Source: Octopus sinensis
Lineage: Eukaryota
Assembly: GCF_006345805.1 (NCBI RefSeq)
Contig: NC_043022.1
Span: 17,174,001 to 17,238,000 of the forward strand
Direction of reading: 5' to 3'
DNA: 64,000 nt
The notes beneath the pieces are model-generated. The model was not told the DNA's origin, did not search any database, and was given only the letters and a program-made list of their open reading frames with translations. Of the stretch, positions 25,498-37,852 are shown piece by piece (the stretch's first letter is position 1; the number at the start of each line of letters is the position of its first letter). A program made the position numbers and the translations under genes.

Positions 25498-27075
25498 GCC
25501 TTTGACACTAACCTTAGCCAGTGGCACCAATAAGGTAGCCTCTTCAGGGTTGGCTGGCCTGCCTGCTAAACATAGCAGCCATATATCTTCAAGTCACATC
25601 CTACTATCTTGAAAATAAAAGGGAAAGGAAGACATATTTGATAATGTACAATGAGAGAAACAGTCTGAAAAGCTGGAGGGTCAAGGATGGAAGGCTTTTT
25701 TACCATTGATTATTTTGATGCCTAATTCAGCAGCAGCTTAACAGTAACACCAGGGTTATTTTTACAATTGATTCATGTATTGTATTTTAGTGACCCCTAA
25801 GTATAATTCCAAACCCAATAATAGCTTTGACCCCACCAGACTCCAACCCATATTCTAAAAATGAACCCAAATGTTAGCTTTTGAAGTTTTCAATCAGTCG
25901 ATAAAGTCAGGGAACACAAAGTCTTTCTGCAGCATTTCACAACTGGGTAGGAAAGGAGGCTTCCATGAATTGAGGCTCCTGCAAGAAATATTACTATACT
26001 TTAAACCTTAACTGTGACCCTAACCCTCAAATCAAAACAATGTGAGTTATATGAAATAAGAAAAGTCAATAGTAAATATTTTTATGTTGATTTTTTGACA
26101 TTTTGGGCTTAAGATTCCTTCTTCAGGAAATCTCCAGCGATTTGGTGTCATAAGCTGGCTTTTCTATTCTGTAGTGTGTCTGTACAGAGGGGCTGCTTTG
26201 CATGCACGGGACAGCATTTCTGTAATAGCCAGACAGCTGTGTGCTACTAAGTCCTGTTGTTTATACAGGGTTTGGTTTTGTTGATGATGATGGCTTCTTT
26301 TATTCTCAGGTTTCCAACTTTTCATTCCATGATATCAGTTGAAAGCTGGATGACTTGAGTATGGCATTCCAGTAGGTAATAAACATATATAATTACAAGT
26401 TTTATGAATAAGATTTCCTTGATAGATGGAACATATTTCAAGAGATGCCCGAGGTTGGAAAATTCTGACCTTAGAATGATGCAAAATAAATAAGCAAATA
26501 AATAAATAAATAAATAAAACATAATATCTAAATTTAAACCATTAACCAATAGGGAAACTAAATTACTACAACAACATTTGCTGTGAGGAACACAATGACC
26601 AGTACAATTATAAGAACACCTATAACAACAGCAACAACAACATCAAGTGAGCATCGAAGTAACCACTAGACCTGCCAGAAATAACAACTAAATCTTCATT
26701 AAATTGTACCCTACCATCTTATACAAAGAAAGAACACAAAGAAAATCTAGATACCTTTAGAAGACAGGGTGGCTATGCCTGGAATGCATTTTATCATAGA
26801 GTGGCTTAATCATGGTTGACCTGGGGCTAAACAACGTCAGTAGCAACATCCACTTTATGGGTCAATGAAGGGGCCTCTACATGATCATTTGATCTCCTAG
26901 AAATAACAGCTAAATCTCCCATAAATCACATCCTAGAGTTATAGTATAGACCTATGTCACACTCTACTTTAAAAAATCATAAAATTGTGAAACCAGTTAA
27001 AGTTCATGTAAATAAATCTTCTTAAAGACTCCAAGTGCATGTTCAACTTCATTTCTTTTTACTTCTATTCACGTA

Positions 27076-27154
<79 letters not shown>

Positions 27155-27685
27155 TACTAAAGCTCTGTGAATGCTTGTTTGCGTTCTTGTCTGTAATTTA
27201 ATACAACCAAACCAGCACATAATGGGAAAATACTCTGAAAGTAAGGCACCCCTGAAATGTGAATACAAATGGAATAAAACAAGTTTCATGTAATTCATGA
27301 ACCACGAATTCCTGAGATAGACAAGTTTTTTGGGTTTGCTTCCACAAATTTAAACAGTGAAACCTGGAGTTATTTCCCTTTACTGTGAACACCTTTATAA
27401 ATAGCCAAGCCAGCACAGAATAGAAAAATACTCTGAACGCAAGTCCCCATTGAGATGCGAATACAAATGGAATAAAATAAATTTTGCTTAAATTGGACTA
27501 CAGGTTCCCAAGATATGGGTACTTTGTACTTTTGGTGACCCAATGGGTTACAGACAGTCCAGTATATATATGTGTGTGTATATATATATATATATATATA
27601 GTATATATAGTATGTGTGTATATATATATATATACACACATATAGTATGTGTGTGTGTATATATATATATATATAGTATATATAG

Positions 27686-27731
<46 letters not shown>

Positions 27732-27773
27732 CATACTTACACACACATGTATACCAAAATGAGAGATTGGAAA

Positions 27774-27968
27774 ATTTATTCACCATTACATGTGTTTCAT
27801 TTGCTAATAGGAGTTACAAAACCATATATGTTGTGGAAAACATGTAAGATATCTCCCATTAGAAATTCTCTGTCAGAAAGATTTCTAATAAGAGATATAT
27901 ATTTTCTACTTCATGTATGGTTTTGTACCTTCTATTAGCAAATGAAACACATGTAATGGGGAATAAAT
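27774..27968. repeat. Fold-back hairpin (~57-bp outer stem)
   Basis: atttattcaccattacatgtgtttcatttgctaatagg...aaaaccata pairs with tatggttttg...ctattagcaaatgaaacacatgtaatggggaataaat. Confidence 0.85.
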
Positions 27969-28319
27969 ACTACAAAAATATTTTCCAGCTCCTGTTTTGA
28001 TACTGTTACTCTGCAGAAAATATTTTCCAGTGTTTTCAACTCTTTTGTATAATTCACAGAAAAATAACAACCACACACTGGATTGTAATACTGACATAAG
28101 CAGATGGACTTTGAGAGGACACAGCTTGGATTTCAACCCTGTTTACACACACACATTTATACACACAGTTCAAATTTACAGAAAACAAAAGCCAAAGACA
28201 AGTGGAAAAACAAGCAGTTATATTAGATTAATGTTCAGGAAGAATGGAAAAGTCTTTGACATTTCAAGTCTGTGCTCTTTTATATACACACACACATGCA
28301 TATATATACATATAATAAT

Positions 28320-28897
28320 AATAATAATAATAATAATTGTGTACAGTGCTCAGGTGCACTACAACTCATCTAAAGTGTATATATAACCAGGTGTAGTTTC
28401 GGCGGATTTCGGAAAGCATGAGGGCCTTAAAGGATGCAGTGTCATGGCAGTCAACAACTGACGCAGGCAGTTTATTCCATGCTTCAGCAACTCTGAGCGT
28501 GAAGAAATGTTTCCGAAAGTCATGGGAGCTGTGCTGTTTTCTGACTTTGTAGGCATGTCCACGTGTGTTGGACACATGGAGATCAAAAAGGTGTTCAGTG
28601 TTGTTGTTGGTGAGGTGGTTGATAACTTTGTGGGTGTTTACCAAGTCCGTCGCCAGACGCCGGAGCTTCAGTGAATCCATGCCCAGGGAAACAAGGCGCT
28701 CAGAATATGGTAGGTGTCTGATGGAGGGTATGCGTTTGGTTGCATGTCTCTGGACAGATTCCAGGAGGTCAATGTTCTGAGCAAGATATGGGTTCCAAAC
28801 TGATGATGCGAATTCCAAGTGTGGTCGTACCATAGCTGTATACAGCTTTAAATAGATGGCTGGAGAGCGGCTAACAAAAGTCTTGCTGAGTGATGCC
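28320..28897 (-). mobile_element. CR1 LINE 3' end (young copy)
   Basis: Translation differs from the 52.1 kb copy at 2 of ~155 aa. Confidence 0.9.
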
Positions 28898-28929
28898 GCA
28901 TGCTATGGCTGGCCTTGGCCCCCAAAAAG

Positions 28930-30680
28930 TAAAACATTCAACAAAGTTATAATAATTTACTGATGAAGAGTAATAAGACCCTTGAAATGGTAGTGAAAAT
29001 GGTTATCGCAATCGAAAAGATGGATGAATTACTGAAGAAGAAGAGTTTCGCTGAAGCGGCAGAAGTAAAGAAGAAAGAGGTGAAGCTGGCAAATATGAAA
29101 AGAGACGAAAAAATGGCATGCAAAGCGGGTGGTGACGCTAGGCTGTCACCACCCCAGAAGAAAATAGAAGAAATTAATAGAAAGACTGTGATATACAAAG
29201 TCTACTTAGTACAGAACAGAAAAATCGAACACATGGAAGAAGGAATTTTAGAAAAGGCATTATGTTCAGTCTGGCCAGAGGGAATAAGTACGGAACTATC
29301 ATAGTCCCCTACGGAACAGAAGAAAAAGCAGGAGAAAAAGGGGTAAAAACAATAAAGAGATGGAGAAGGTATGGGAAGAAGGACGTTAAAGATAAAGGTG
29401 GAGGGAATTCCACTGGAAATTGATGTGGAGTGGATTGTGGAAGCTGTTCTCCTGGGAAGTGGAGAAGAAGTAGCCGTCCTCCAAGCTACAAAAACGGACG
29501 GCTTGGTTTGGAGAGGCCAAATGTTGGAACTAATAGTACAAGTGGAAGTTGAGACACTTGAAAATGTGGCAGAGACGGTATGGATAGAAGACCTGGGGTT
29601 GAAAGTGTGGGTGGAGGGCAGGACTCCACGTTGTTTTAAATGTGGCCAAAAAGGCCATATTAGAGCACACTGCTCTCAGCAGAAGCAGACGGAAGAAAGG
29701 ATACCGGTAAAGACGCAAGAATTGGAAAAAGAAAGAAAAAAAGGAAGAAAGATAAGACGAAGGGAAGATTGCTGAAGGAAAAAGGAAGAGAAAAAAGAGC
29801 AGTATACTGTGGAACCCCAAACCCTACCCACCCCGCCAAATTCTCTCTGCGACCCACCCCCTCACTTCCCCCTCCTACATTAGCAAAAAAGAAAAAAAGA
29901 AACCCATACGCAACACAGAACCAAGAGTGCGACTCCCCAAAGAAACACGGAACTAATTCAAAAAGTAACAAGCTGGGAAACCGCTAGATTTGTGAACCCT
30001 GAAAAATATCCTGAAACACTAGGGTGGTACATGTGTGTTCTGATCTCAGAAGCACAAAGGGAGGAAATAGAAAAATATATAAAAAAAAAAAAGGTGTGAA
30101 AATGTGGAAAATACACGAGGACATAAAAAAAAAATTCCGGACAATATTGAATGTGTGGTTCTGTTGGGAAAATAGGTACTACTAGCGAACAGTGGTCCCG
30201 GTGCGCGCATCCGCGATAGCTAGTCGTAAGTAGTCGATCCTACAACGCCTTTTTAACCCTAACCCTAAACCTAACCTTAGTTTGTTTATAAAAATAATTT
30301 ATTTACTTAGTTTAAAAAATTATTTACTTTGCGTTTTATTTACTTTGTTGGAAAAATATTCTTTAATTTTCTTTGATTTGTATTCAGCCTTGAAATACAA
30401 ACATAGGTGCGAGTCGTTGTAGGATCGACTAGTTACGACTAGCTAGCGCGGATGCGCGCACCGGGACCACTGTTCGCTAGTAGTACCGGAAAAAAATGGA
30501 ATCGACGTGAATAAAAGACTCCAAAAGAGTAAGCGATGATGCTGCTTGTAGAGGGTCAGGCTGTACATTTCCATTTTCCATTTCATATTATCATTTTATA
30601 ATTTTATTTAAAGTTTTGTGTTATATGTCCCCACATGTCTTTGTGTTGTCCCATCTATATTGGCCCCTTGTGGGCAATAA
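28930..30680 (+). mobile_element. L1/Tx1-like LINE remnant: ORF1 (gag-like, CCHC knuckle) with probable 3' UTR end, interrupted by a MITE
   Basis: LKIKVEGIP...VWVEGRTPRCFKCGQKGHIRAHC zinc knuckle and a 3' cttgtgggcaataaaaaa end at ~30670. No ORF2 is visible. Confidence 0.6.
30175..30487. mobile_element. CpG-rich MITE with 73-bp TIRs and internal TAACCC repeats
   Basis: ggtactactagcgaacagtggtcccggtgcgcgc...gatcctacaacg matches the reverse complement of the right arm with 2 mismatches. No TSD is evident. Same family as 51377-51548. Confidence 0.85.
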
Positions 30681-31124
30681 AAAAGTCACCTCTCTTCACT
30701 TTCTCGCTTACGCTGAGAAACCCTGCAAACTGGCAGCTCCCTGCGGATTTTCCTCCTGCTCGGAATTCACCTGTTATCTCCACAGGTAATGTACCTCACG
30801 CGAGCGGAACAGTAACGGACTACGTGCTGCCATACGGGTGGTTGTGGGGGACAATCCCCGAGAATGAGAGACTGAAATAAACAACCATTGAATTGCAGAA
30901 GCATCTTCTTTCGAGTTCCAGATCCTAAGACTACAGAAATAATTGTAATAGGAGAAGGAGATACTCCGCAGGTACCACGAACCTTCTAGTCCCATTATAG
31001 CCCGTACTTGTAAGGTACCTTCTTGTTATATCTTACGTATTTCGGAAATAACGGCTTAGGTACACCGTCCCAGCAGTGTGTACCCTGTAGAAATATGATT
31101 GTTTTCATCTGATATAAAATGTAT

Positions 31125-31409
31125 TTGTCATGAACAATAATATTCTTTCCGACAATATTTTTTTGTTCTGTACATCGGCTGAGCATGAAATCTATCGAAA
31201 CTAATGTATAGTATTAGTTGTAAATACCCGAAGTAAAGAAATATCAATTACCAAGTGTTTAGTCACACACACACACACATAAGTACATAGAAAAGTGGAG
31301 AGAGAGAGAAAGAGAAAACTAAGAGAGGACGAATCACAAAACCCGGAAATAAGACGCGACGTTCATTTCTCGAGAATTCCTATTCAGGACATTACATTAT
31401 TTGCCAAAA
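31125..31409 (+). promoter_or_regulatory. Proximal upstream block shared by CARD genes 1 and 2 (ETS-like CCGGAAAT, palindrome TTCTCGAGAA, acceptor-like ttcctattcag)
   Basis: Near-identical to 37580-37852. Motif functions are inferred. Confidence 0.5.
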
Positions 31410-32849
31410 ATGAATGTTTACGAGAAATTTCGGCCACAAATTATCCGGAATCTCACTCAAATCGATGATGTTCTGGATTATTTACAGTCTGGTGAACATA
31501 TCACAGAGAGCAATTATGAAAGTATAAGATCAGAAAAGAAAGAAAGCGACAAAATTCGAGAAATGTTGAACATTTTAACAAAAAGAAGTTGTCCTCCTCA
31601 AACGTTCGTGAAGATTCTTTCCGAAACAGGAAACGAATTTTTAGAGAAACTATTCCAAGAACACTTGAACATGAAAATTGAAAGAAAAGTTGTTGAAGAA
31701 AAACCAAAGCCACCAGCAAGAGACAAACGGAGAGTATTTATTATGAAAGGTATGGACGCAGACGACAAATTACATGAATGTTTTTCAAGAAAAAATCCAG
31801 ACTGGGAAGTATCAAATCATTTAGGTTCTATAAACAAATTAAAGGAGGTAATTGGTTCCGTACCAGAGAATAAGTTCAGTTATTTTGATATTATTGTTTC
31901 ATGCGATGAAGATCGTAACCATATTACTAATGAAAGTCTGAAAACAATTTTGGCTCGTATTGAAAAAGAACTCTTACCGGAGTTTCCACCAAGCATCATC
32001 ACTTTTTTGATTATTGTTGATGGGTATGATGATAAGGATTATGTTTTTCATTCCGACACAAAACCCGTGAGTTTTAGGGATGCTAAGATTCGCAAACCAG
32101 TCCTTAGAATATTGACAAGAAAGTTCTTGCATGGATTCCTAGAAGCTTTCTTAAAAGGTGAGGAAACGTTCAATATTTTCATTGCTAAAAAATTCGATTT
32201 GGAAAACAATCTTATGAAAAATAATCCATCGGAAGGAAAAACAGATAAAAGGAAAATATTTATTATGCAAGGTCTGGAACAAAACGAAATATTACGTGAA
32301 TGTTTTTCAGGAAGTAATCCAGACTGGGAAGTATCAACTCTTTGTGGCTCTATAACCAAATTAATAAAGGAAATTGCTTCCATACCAGAGAATAAGTTCA
32401 GTTATTTTGATATTATTGTTTTATGCGATGAAGAGGGTAACCATATTACTAATGAAAGTCTGAAAACAATTTTGCCTTGTATTGAAAACGAACTCTTACC
32501 GAAGTTTCCACCAAGCATCATCACTCTTTTGATTATTGTTAATAATAAAGAGACTGAATCTAAGCCTGTGCAAGAATCCCCATCTGTGAATACGGACGAT
32601 CTTCGAGATTCCAGGCCTGTGCAGGAATCCCAATCTGAGAATATGGACGATCTTCGAGATTCCAGGCCTGTGCAGGAATCCCAATCTGAGAATATGAATG
32701 ACTTACCAGAATCCCAATCAGTGACTGGAGTACTCAAAGCAGACTCTTGCGAAAAATTCTTTAATGCTTTCACCGAAAGTAAAGAAATGTTCAATGTTTT
32801 TATTCGAAAAGCTGATACAAGAAAACAGCTAGGATTACAAGTTTATTGA
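31410..32849 (+). CDS. CARD + 2 caspase-like alpha/beta modules (paralogue 1, 479 aa, single coding exon)
   Basis: Intact ORF. The N-terminal ~85 aa match the CARD pattern (R..II.NL..I.DVLDYL.S...IT...YE.I......DK.R.ML.IL.KR....F..IL.ETG). Module starts at 31725 and 32247, with a 3x17-aa linker repeat at 32559-32711. ATG used rather than the TTG in the ORF track. Confidence 0.9.
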   Translation: MNVYEKFRPQIIRNLTQIDDVLDYLQSGEHITESNYESIRSEKKESDKIREMLNILTKRSCPPQTFVKILSETGNEFLEKLFQEHLNMKIERKVVEEKPKPPARDKRRVFIMKGMDADDKLHECFSRKNPDWEVSNHLGSINKLKEVIGSVPENKFSYFDIIVSCDEDRNHITNESLKTILARIEKELLPEFPPSIITFLIIVDGYDDKDYVFHSDTKPVSFRDAKIRKPVLRILTRKFLHGFLEAFLKGEETFNIFIAKKFDLENNLMKNNPSEGKTDKRKIFIMQGLEQNEILRECFSGSNPDWEVSTLCGSITKLIKEIASIPENKFSYFDIIVLCDEEGNHITNESLKTILPCIENELLPKFPPSIITLLIIVNNKETESKPVQESPSVNTDDLRDSRPVQESQSENMDDLRDSRPVQESQSENMNDLPESQSVTGVLKADSCEKFFNAFTESKEMFNVFIRKADTRKQLGLQVY

Positions 32850-33729
32850 AGGAAAGGACTTTGTTCATCTTGCAGTTTTAACTGAACATTTTTTTTTTAT
32901 TATACTAAAAGCAAATTGACTGATGGTGCAATTAAAAACAGCACAAACTCCCATAAATGTTCAAGAATCACATCCAATAGTAAGGAATCCCCAAACATTT
33001 CAAAGGTAACTATAGAGGTTAACCACTTTAAATCTAATAAGTGCTGGCATTACTAAACAAGTTATACCAGTTATGTGTAACGAAGCACACCTCAACCTGG
33101 ATATTTTTCTTCTCATACCCTTCAGAAAAATGGATATATATTATTGAAATTTTTACTAAATACCTTTTAGGTGCTGAAGATCCTGAATATATAGGAATTT
33201 GAGGAAAAAAACAATTTCCAAGAGTATTTGGAGAGGAGTTTTGGAAAATTCATGCAAGTCAGTTTTATTTTTTCATAACTTGCAAAAATTTGGGTGTATT
33301 TTAGTAAAATTTTCTGCAGATAGCTTTCAGATTGTGACTAACTCAGAGTTTGTTGTGGAAATACTGGGGGAGGAAGGATATTTCACTAACTCAACTGTGT
33401 TTCCTCATACTTGTTAGCTTCTCAACCACATAGGTCTGGGTTCAATCCCACTGCATGTCACTTGAGCAAATGTCTCCTACTGTAGACTGAGGGTGACCAA
33501 AGATTTGTCAGCAGATTAGTAGATGGAAACTGAAAGAAGCCTGTTGCATGTATATATATATATATATACTTTATTTAAAGCAGCAGAAAATTCAAGAAAA
33601 CCTGTTACTCTGAGTTTCCCGTTGCCGTTCGTTGGACAGATTTTGCTGCTTTAAATAAAGCAAATTACTCTACCACTGGTATTTGAGTACTCTTTTTTCC
33701 ACCTTGTTTCACATTTATGTGTTTACTCC

Positions 33730-33762
<33 letters not shown>

Positions 33763-33819
33763 TGATAATATATATGACATGCTTCTTTCAGTTTCCATCA
33801 ATCTCTCTCTCTCTCTCTC

Positions 33820-33850
<31 letters not shown>

Positions 33851-34080
33851 ACATACAAATAAGAAAATGGAGAAACAAATTTAGTTTGTTCATCATCTTA
33901 CGGATATTAATTTGGATTATTTATTCATTTTACAAATGAGGACATCAAAAGCATAGAAAATATTATATAAATCAATAGATAAGATAATAATACAAATACA
34001 GATTTTAAAAGTCATATTATGAATTATTGAAATCCATATAATTGATATCCCATAGTGGGTTACACCCATAACCCCTATCT

Positions 34081-34117
<37 letters not shown>

Positions 34118-35589
34118 AAGTGGTCTACATCTTAGAATGTGCTTCTTATACAGATTTATGTTTTTCTACAAACAATATATATATATATACATACATACAA
34201 ACACACACATGTATATACTATTTAGTGTGTGTATGGGTGGGTGAGTGTACATAGTTTCCTACAAGTAACCATGACATCCTAGTAAACAACCACCGAAGGG
34301 GTACTGTTTCTGCTATTATACATAAGGGGAAGAAACACCGAGTATTTTGTGGGAAATATATGAAAAACCATGAAGGATTGTGTGAAATATCAAAATATGA
34401 GTCAATCTTGTTGATGCCCTTAACTTCTTTCGAACTATAATAATTCCATTGATCTTCAGCTGCTTAATAAATATTTTACTCTTTTTCCGTAGGTTCTTCG
34501 ATACAATTTTTATGTATTTCATTTTATACCAATTTCTAAAATCTGTTTTTTACTACAGTTTAAAGCTTGTTAAATAAAAATTTCTCTTTGTTTTCATTTG
34601 TTGGTGTTTGTGTTTAGTCTGAATAATGAATACTTTTTCCAGCTGTACAAATTGTTGCCTGTAATGAAAGAGGACCAGCAGGAATGATGATATTGTTAAA
34701 TATTTGAACCTGGAAAAGTAGAAATTGGGAAAGGGAAACCTAAAAATATTACAACTGAAGTTAGAACCAAACATTTAAGTTATATTCAAATGTAAAAGAA
34801 TACCTGCCACCACTTCTTTTGATTCTAACTCTCTCCTACAATGAATATTCTATGAGGAACTTCCTCTCTTTCTTCCCTATCAAATAAAATATGAACGGTT
34901 GAAGCATTTCTCCTCTCTTACAAATTTCAAAACCGCTCAGCTACTCTACTCTCATGTTTTCCCAACCATTATTGAGCCGACATTTACACCTAAACAAACG
35001 CGACCCCATTTGAATGTACAAGTGATTGTATTACACTTTAACTTGCCTGCTAACAGTCATATAGCTTGTAGATTCCTGTCAGCTTAGAAATAATGACATG
35101 TAATTGGTGTGGTATACATAGGTAGGTAGTCTTTTTCTTTTCAATATATAGACACTCACGCATGAATGAACATGCCTGACATTTTCCCATATATACATAA
35201 TATGTAATGTGGTTTTTAGGCCACCAGCTCCAACCAATGTTTACTGCTCCACATGTTCCTTTATAAATGCAAACCATGCATCTGTGATGCTAAAATACCT
35301 CAACATGTAGTCTTTTTTTCTCTACAGCAATATTGAAGTCATTCAGTTTTTCTTTTGCCATCAAGACTGAACCAGGGTAGATTTTATCAACCCCAAAATG
35401 CAACTTGAAACAAATTTACATCATTTTTATATCTTACAGTAAATTTCAGGATACAGCAAGGAAAGGGAGATTGCAGCTATGGCCAATGCCAGTGTTGCAT
35501 GACCGGCCCATTTCAAAGTATCTTGGAAGCATCAGGGGATATATGATTGAGAGGACCTGTTGAATCATATAAAATTGAAATCATAGCCG

Positions 35590-35890
35590 TGGCCAGTGCC
35601 ACCTGACTGGCTTCCATGCTGGTGGCACATAAAATACCCCATCTGAACATGGTCAATGCTAGTGCCCCCTGACTGACTCCCATGCCGGTAGCATGTAAAA
35701 GGTACCTTCTGAACATGTTTGAAGCACCCACTACACTCTCAGAGTGGTTGGGGTTAGGAAGGGTATCCAGCTGTAGAAACCTTGCCAGATCAGATTGGAG
35801 CCTGCTGTAGCCCACTGGCTTGCCTGTCCTCAGTAAAACCGTCCAACCCATGCCAGCATGGAAAGCAGACGTTAAAAGATGATGATGACT
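35590..35890 (+). mobile_element. (GAT)n-tailed SINE
   Basis: ...ggggttaggaagggtatccagctgtagaaac...ccaacccatgccagcatggaaagcagacgttaaaagatgatgatg. Confidence 0.75.
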
Positions 35891-36054
35891 ACCCAAGATT
35901 AAGCTATTTGAAATTTCCTAGCTGCCGGAAAAAAGCCAAGGGATGGGGAAACATTTGCATTTCTTATGAATCGAGATGATCTTGCAGTTTAGAAGTTAAA
36001 AAAAATGAAAACGAAATTGCCTGCAAGTAACGACAAGCCCTGTGGGATGGCTTG

Positions 36055-36625
36055 TTGGCAAAGAATTTGTTGGTGATGCACAGTTTATGCTATGTGCAGC
36101 ATTCAAGCAGTCTCTGACCATCGTCATTCATATTGCCAATGCCAAAATGTCTGACACAAATGGGCCACGAGTCATGGTCAGATCCCACGTGAGCGTTAAA
36201 ATCTCCTAGAAGGTAGATGTTTTTGTCGGTTGGTATGTTTGTAATGGCGCAGTTCAGAGCTTTGTAGACCTGGTCCTTGGTCTCTTCTGAGCTGTAGAGA
36301 GTGGGAGCATAGATGCTCAGTAGATGTACTGGGTTTGAAGAGCTTAAGAAGCACACAGAGAGGATACGCTCAGCGCTTCCTGATGCTGGGTCTACTGAGG
36401 AGAGTAATGAGTTTCTCACTGCAAAGCCAACACCATGCTGACGAGGTTCCTCTGGATCTCTTCCCTGCCAGAAGAAGGTGAAGTCCTATTCTTTGAGTTT
36501 GCTGTGTGAGGGGTGTCTTGTCTCTTGCAATCCAGCAATGTCTATGTTGAGCCTCCTTAGTTCATGGTCGATGATGGCTGTCTTTCTTGTGTCTCCAACC
36601 CTGAGTAGGTCATCAGATATGCCAG
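36055..36625 (-). mobile_element. RTE LINE 5' fragment (AP endonuclease)
   Basis: DIAGLQETR, HGVGFAV, SIYAPT, LLGDFNAHVG and GQRLLE motifs. Confidence 0.85.
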
Positions 36626-36659
36626 GGCACACATGAATGAACATGCCAGACATTTTCCG

Positions 36660-37576
36660 TGGTGTTTGTTTTGTATTTATAATAAAATATATACAAATTA
36701 TAAAAATGATTAAAAAATATACATATATATACAGTACTGTTTCTACTTTGTGGATTTTCCCCTATCACAGGGGGTTCCGGTACACAGCACCTACGATAGT
36801 CGAGAGATTAGCATATCCTGAAAACCAAGAACTTTGTCTGTGTGTGTGTGTGTATGTATGTGTGTGTATTCTTGTGTGTGTAAAGACGTCTTAATGGTTA
36901 GGACGTTGCACTCCACATCACTAGATTAATGTTTTAATACCCTGGATGCTTATGAATTCAAGCAAAACACTTTCTTTCACCTGAACCCCAGTCCACTCGG
37001 CTGCAAAGGGGTAAACCTGTAATGGAATGGCATTCTATTTGCCGGGGGTGGGGGGGATATGTTGGCTTCGTCCACCTGGGCAGCAGGGGGGGTAACATTC
37101 AACAGCTACAACTGTGTGTAGAGGTGCATTGTAACCAGTGGTGTATAACAAAAAAATGTCTGATACCCTGATATATATGTGTGTGTGTGTGTATGAAGGA
37201 GAAAAGAAAATGGAGATAAGGAAGTTAAGAATTGTTTATTATCAACAGCAAACTGGTCATGTTAAAATAAATGGATAAGCCCACATAATATAACATCCAA
37301 AGTTATGTTTTTTCCCTATGATGAAATTACACTCCTGACACGTAAATGTAAATTTGTAATTAGATTATTGAGTATTGATTGAAACGGGTTGTAAGAATCG
37401 AAGATGACCAGTTTGCTTTTTGCTGAACTGCTACGTCACAGTGACCTAAATACACTGATACCAGTTGTCAGGTGGTGGCGGAGGGAAACACACACGCATC
37501 AGCCTGTGGTTATATACACTCGTCAGCCTGAGGCTACATACAGAAGTCACTTGCACAGGGTGTTATTAACATCATC
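36660..37576 (+). repeat. Distal upstream block of CARD gene 2, duplicated at 45158-46496
   Basis: Colinear near-identity with 45158-46496 apart from a SINE in the second copy. Confidence 0.9.
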
Positions 37577-37852
37577 GTATTGTCATGAACAATAATATTC
37601 TTTCCGACAATATTTTTTGTTCTGTACATCGGTTGAGCATGAAATCTGTCGAAACTAATGTATAGTATTAGTTGTAAATACCCGAAGTAAAGAAATATCA
37701 ATTACCAAGTGTTTAGTAACACACACACACATAAATACATAGAAAAGTGGAGAGAGAGAAAACTAAGAGAGGACGAACACAAAACCCGGAAATAAGACGC
37801 GACATTCATTTCTCGAGAATTCCTATTCAGGACATTACATTATTTGCCAAAA

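Noticed and set aside
30255-30280. Interstitial telomere
   Set aside because: Only a few degenerate TAACCC units inside a MITE.
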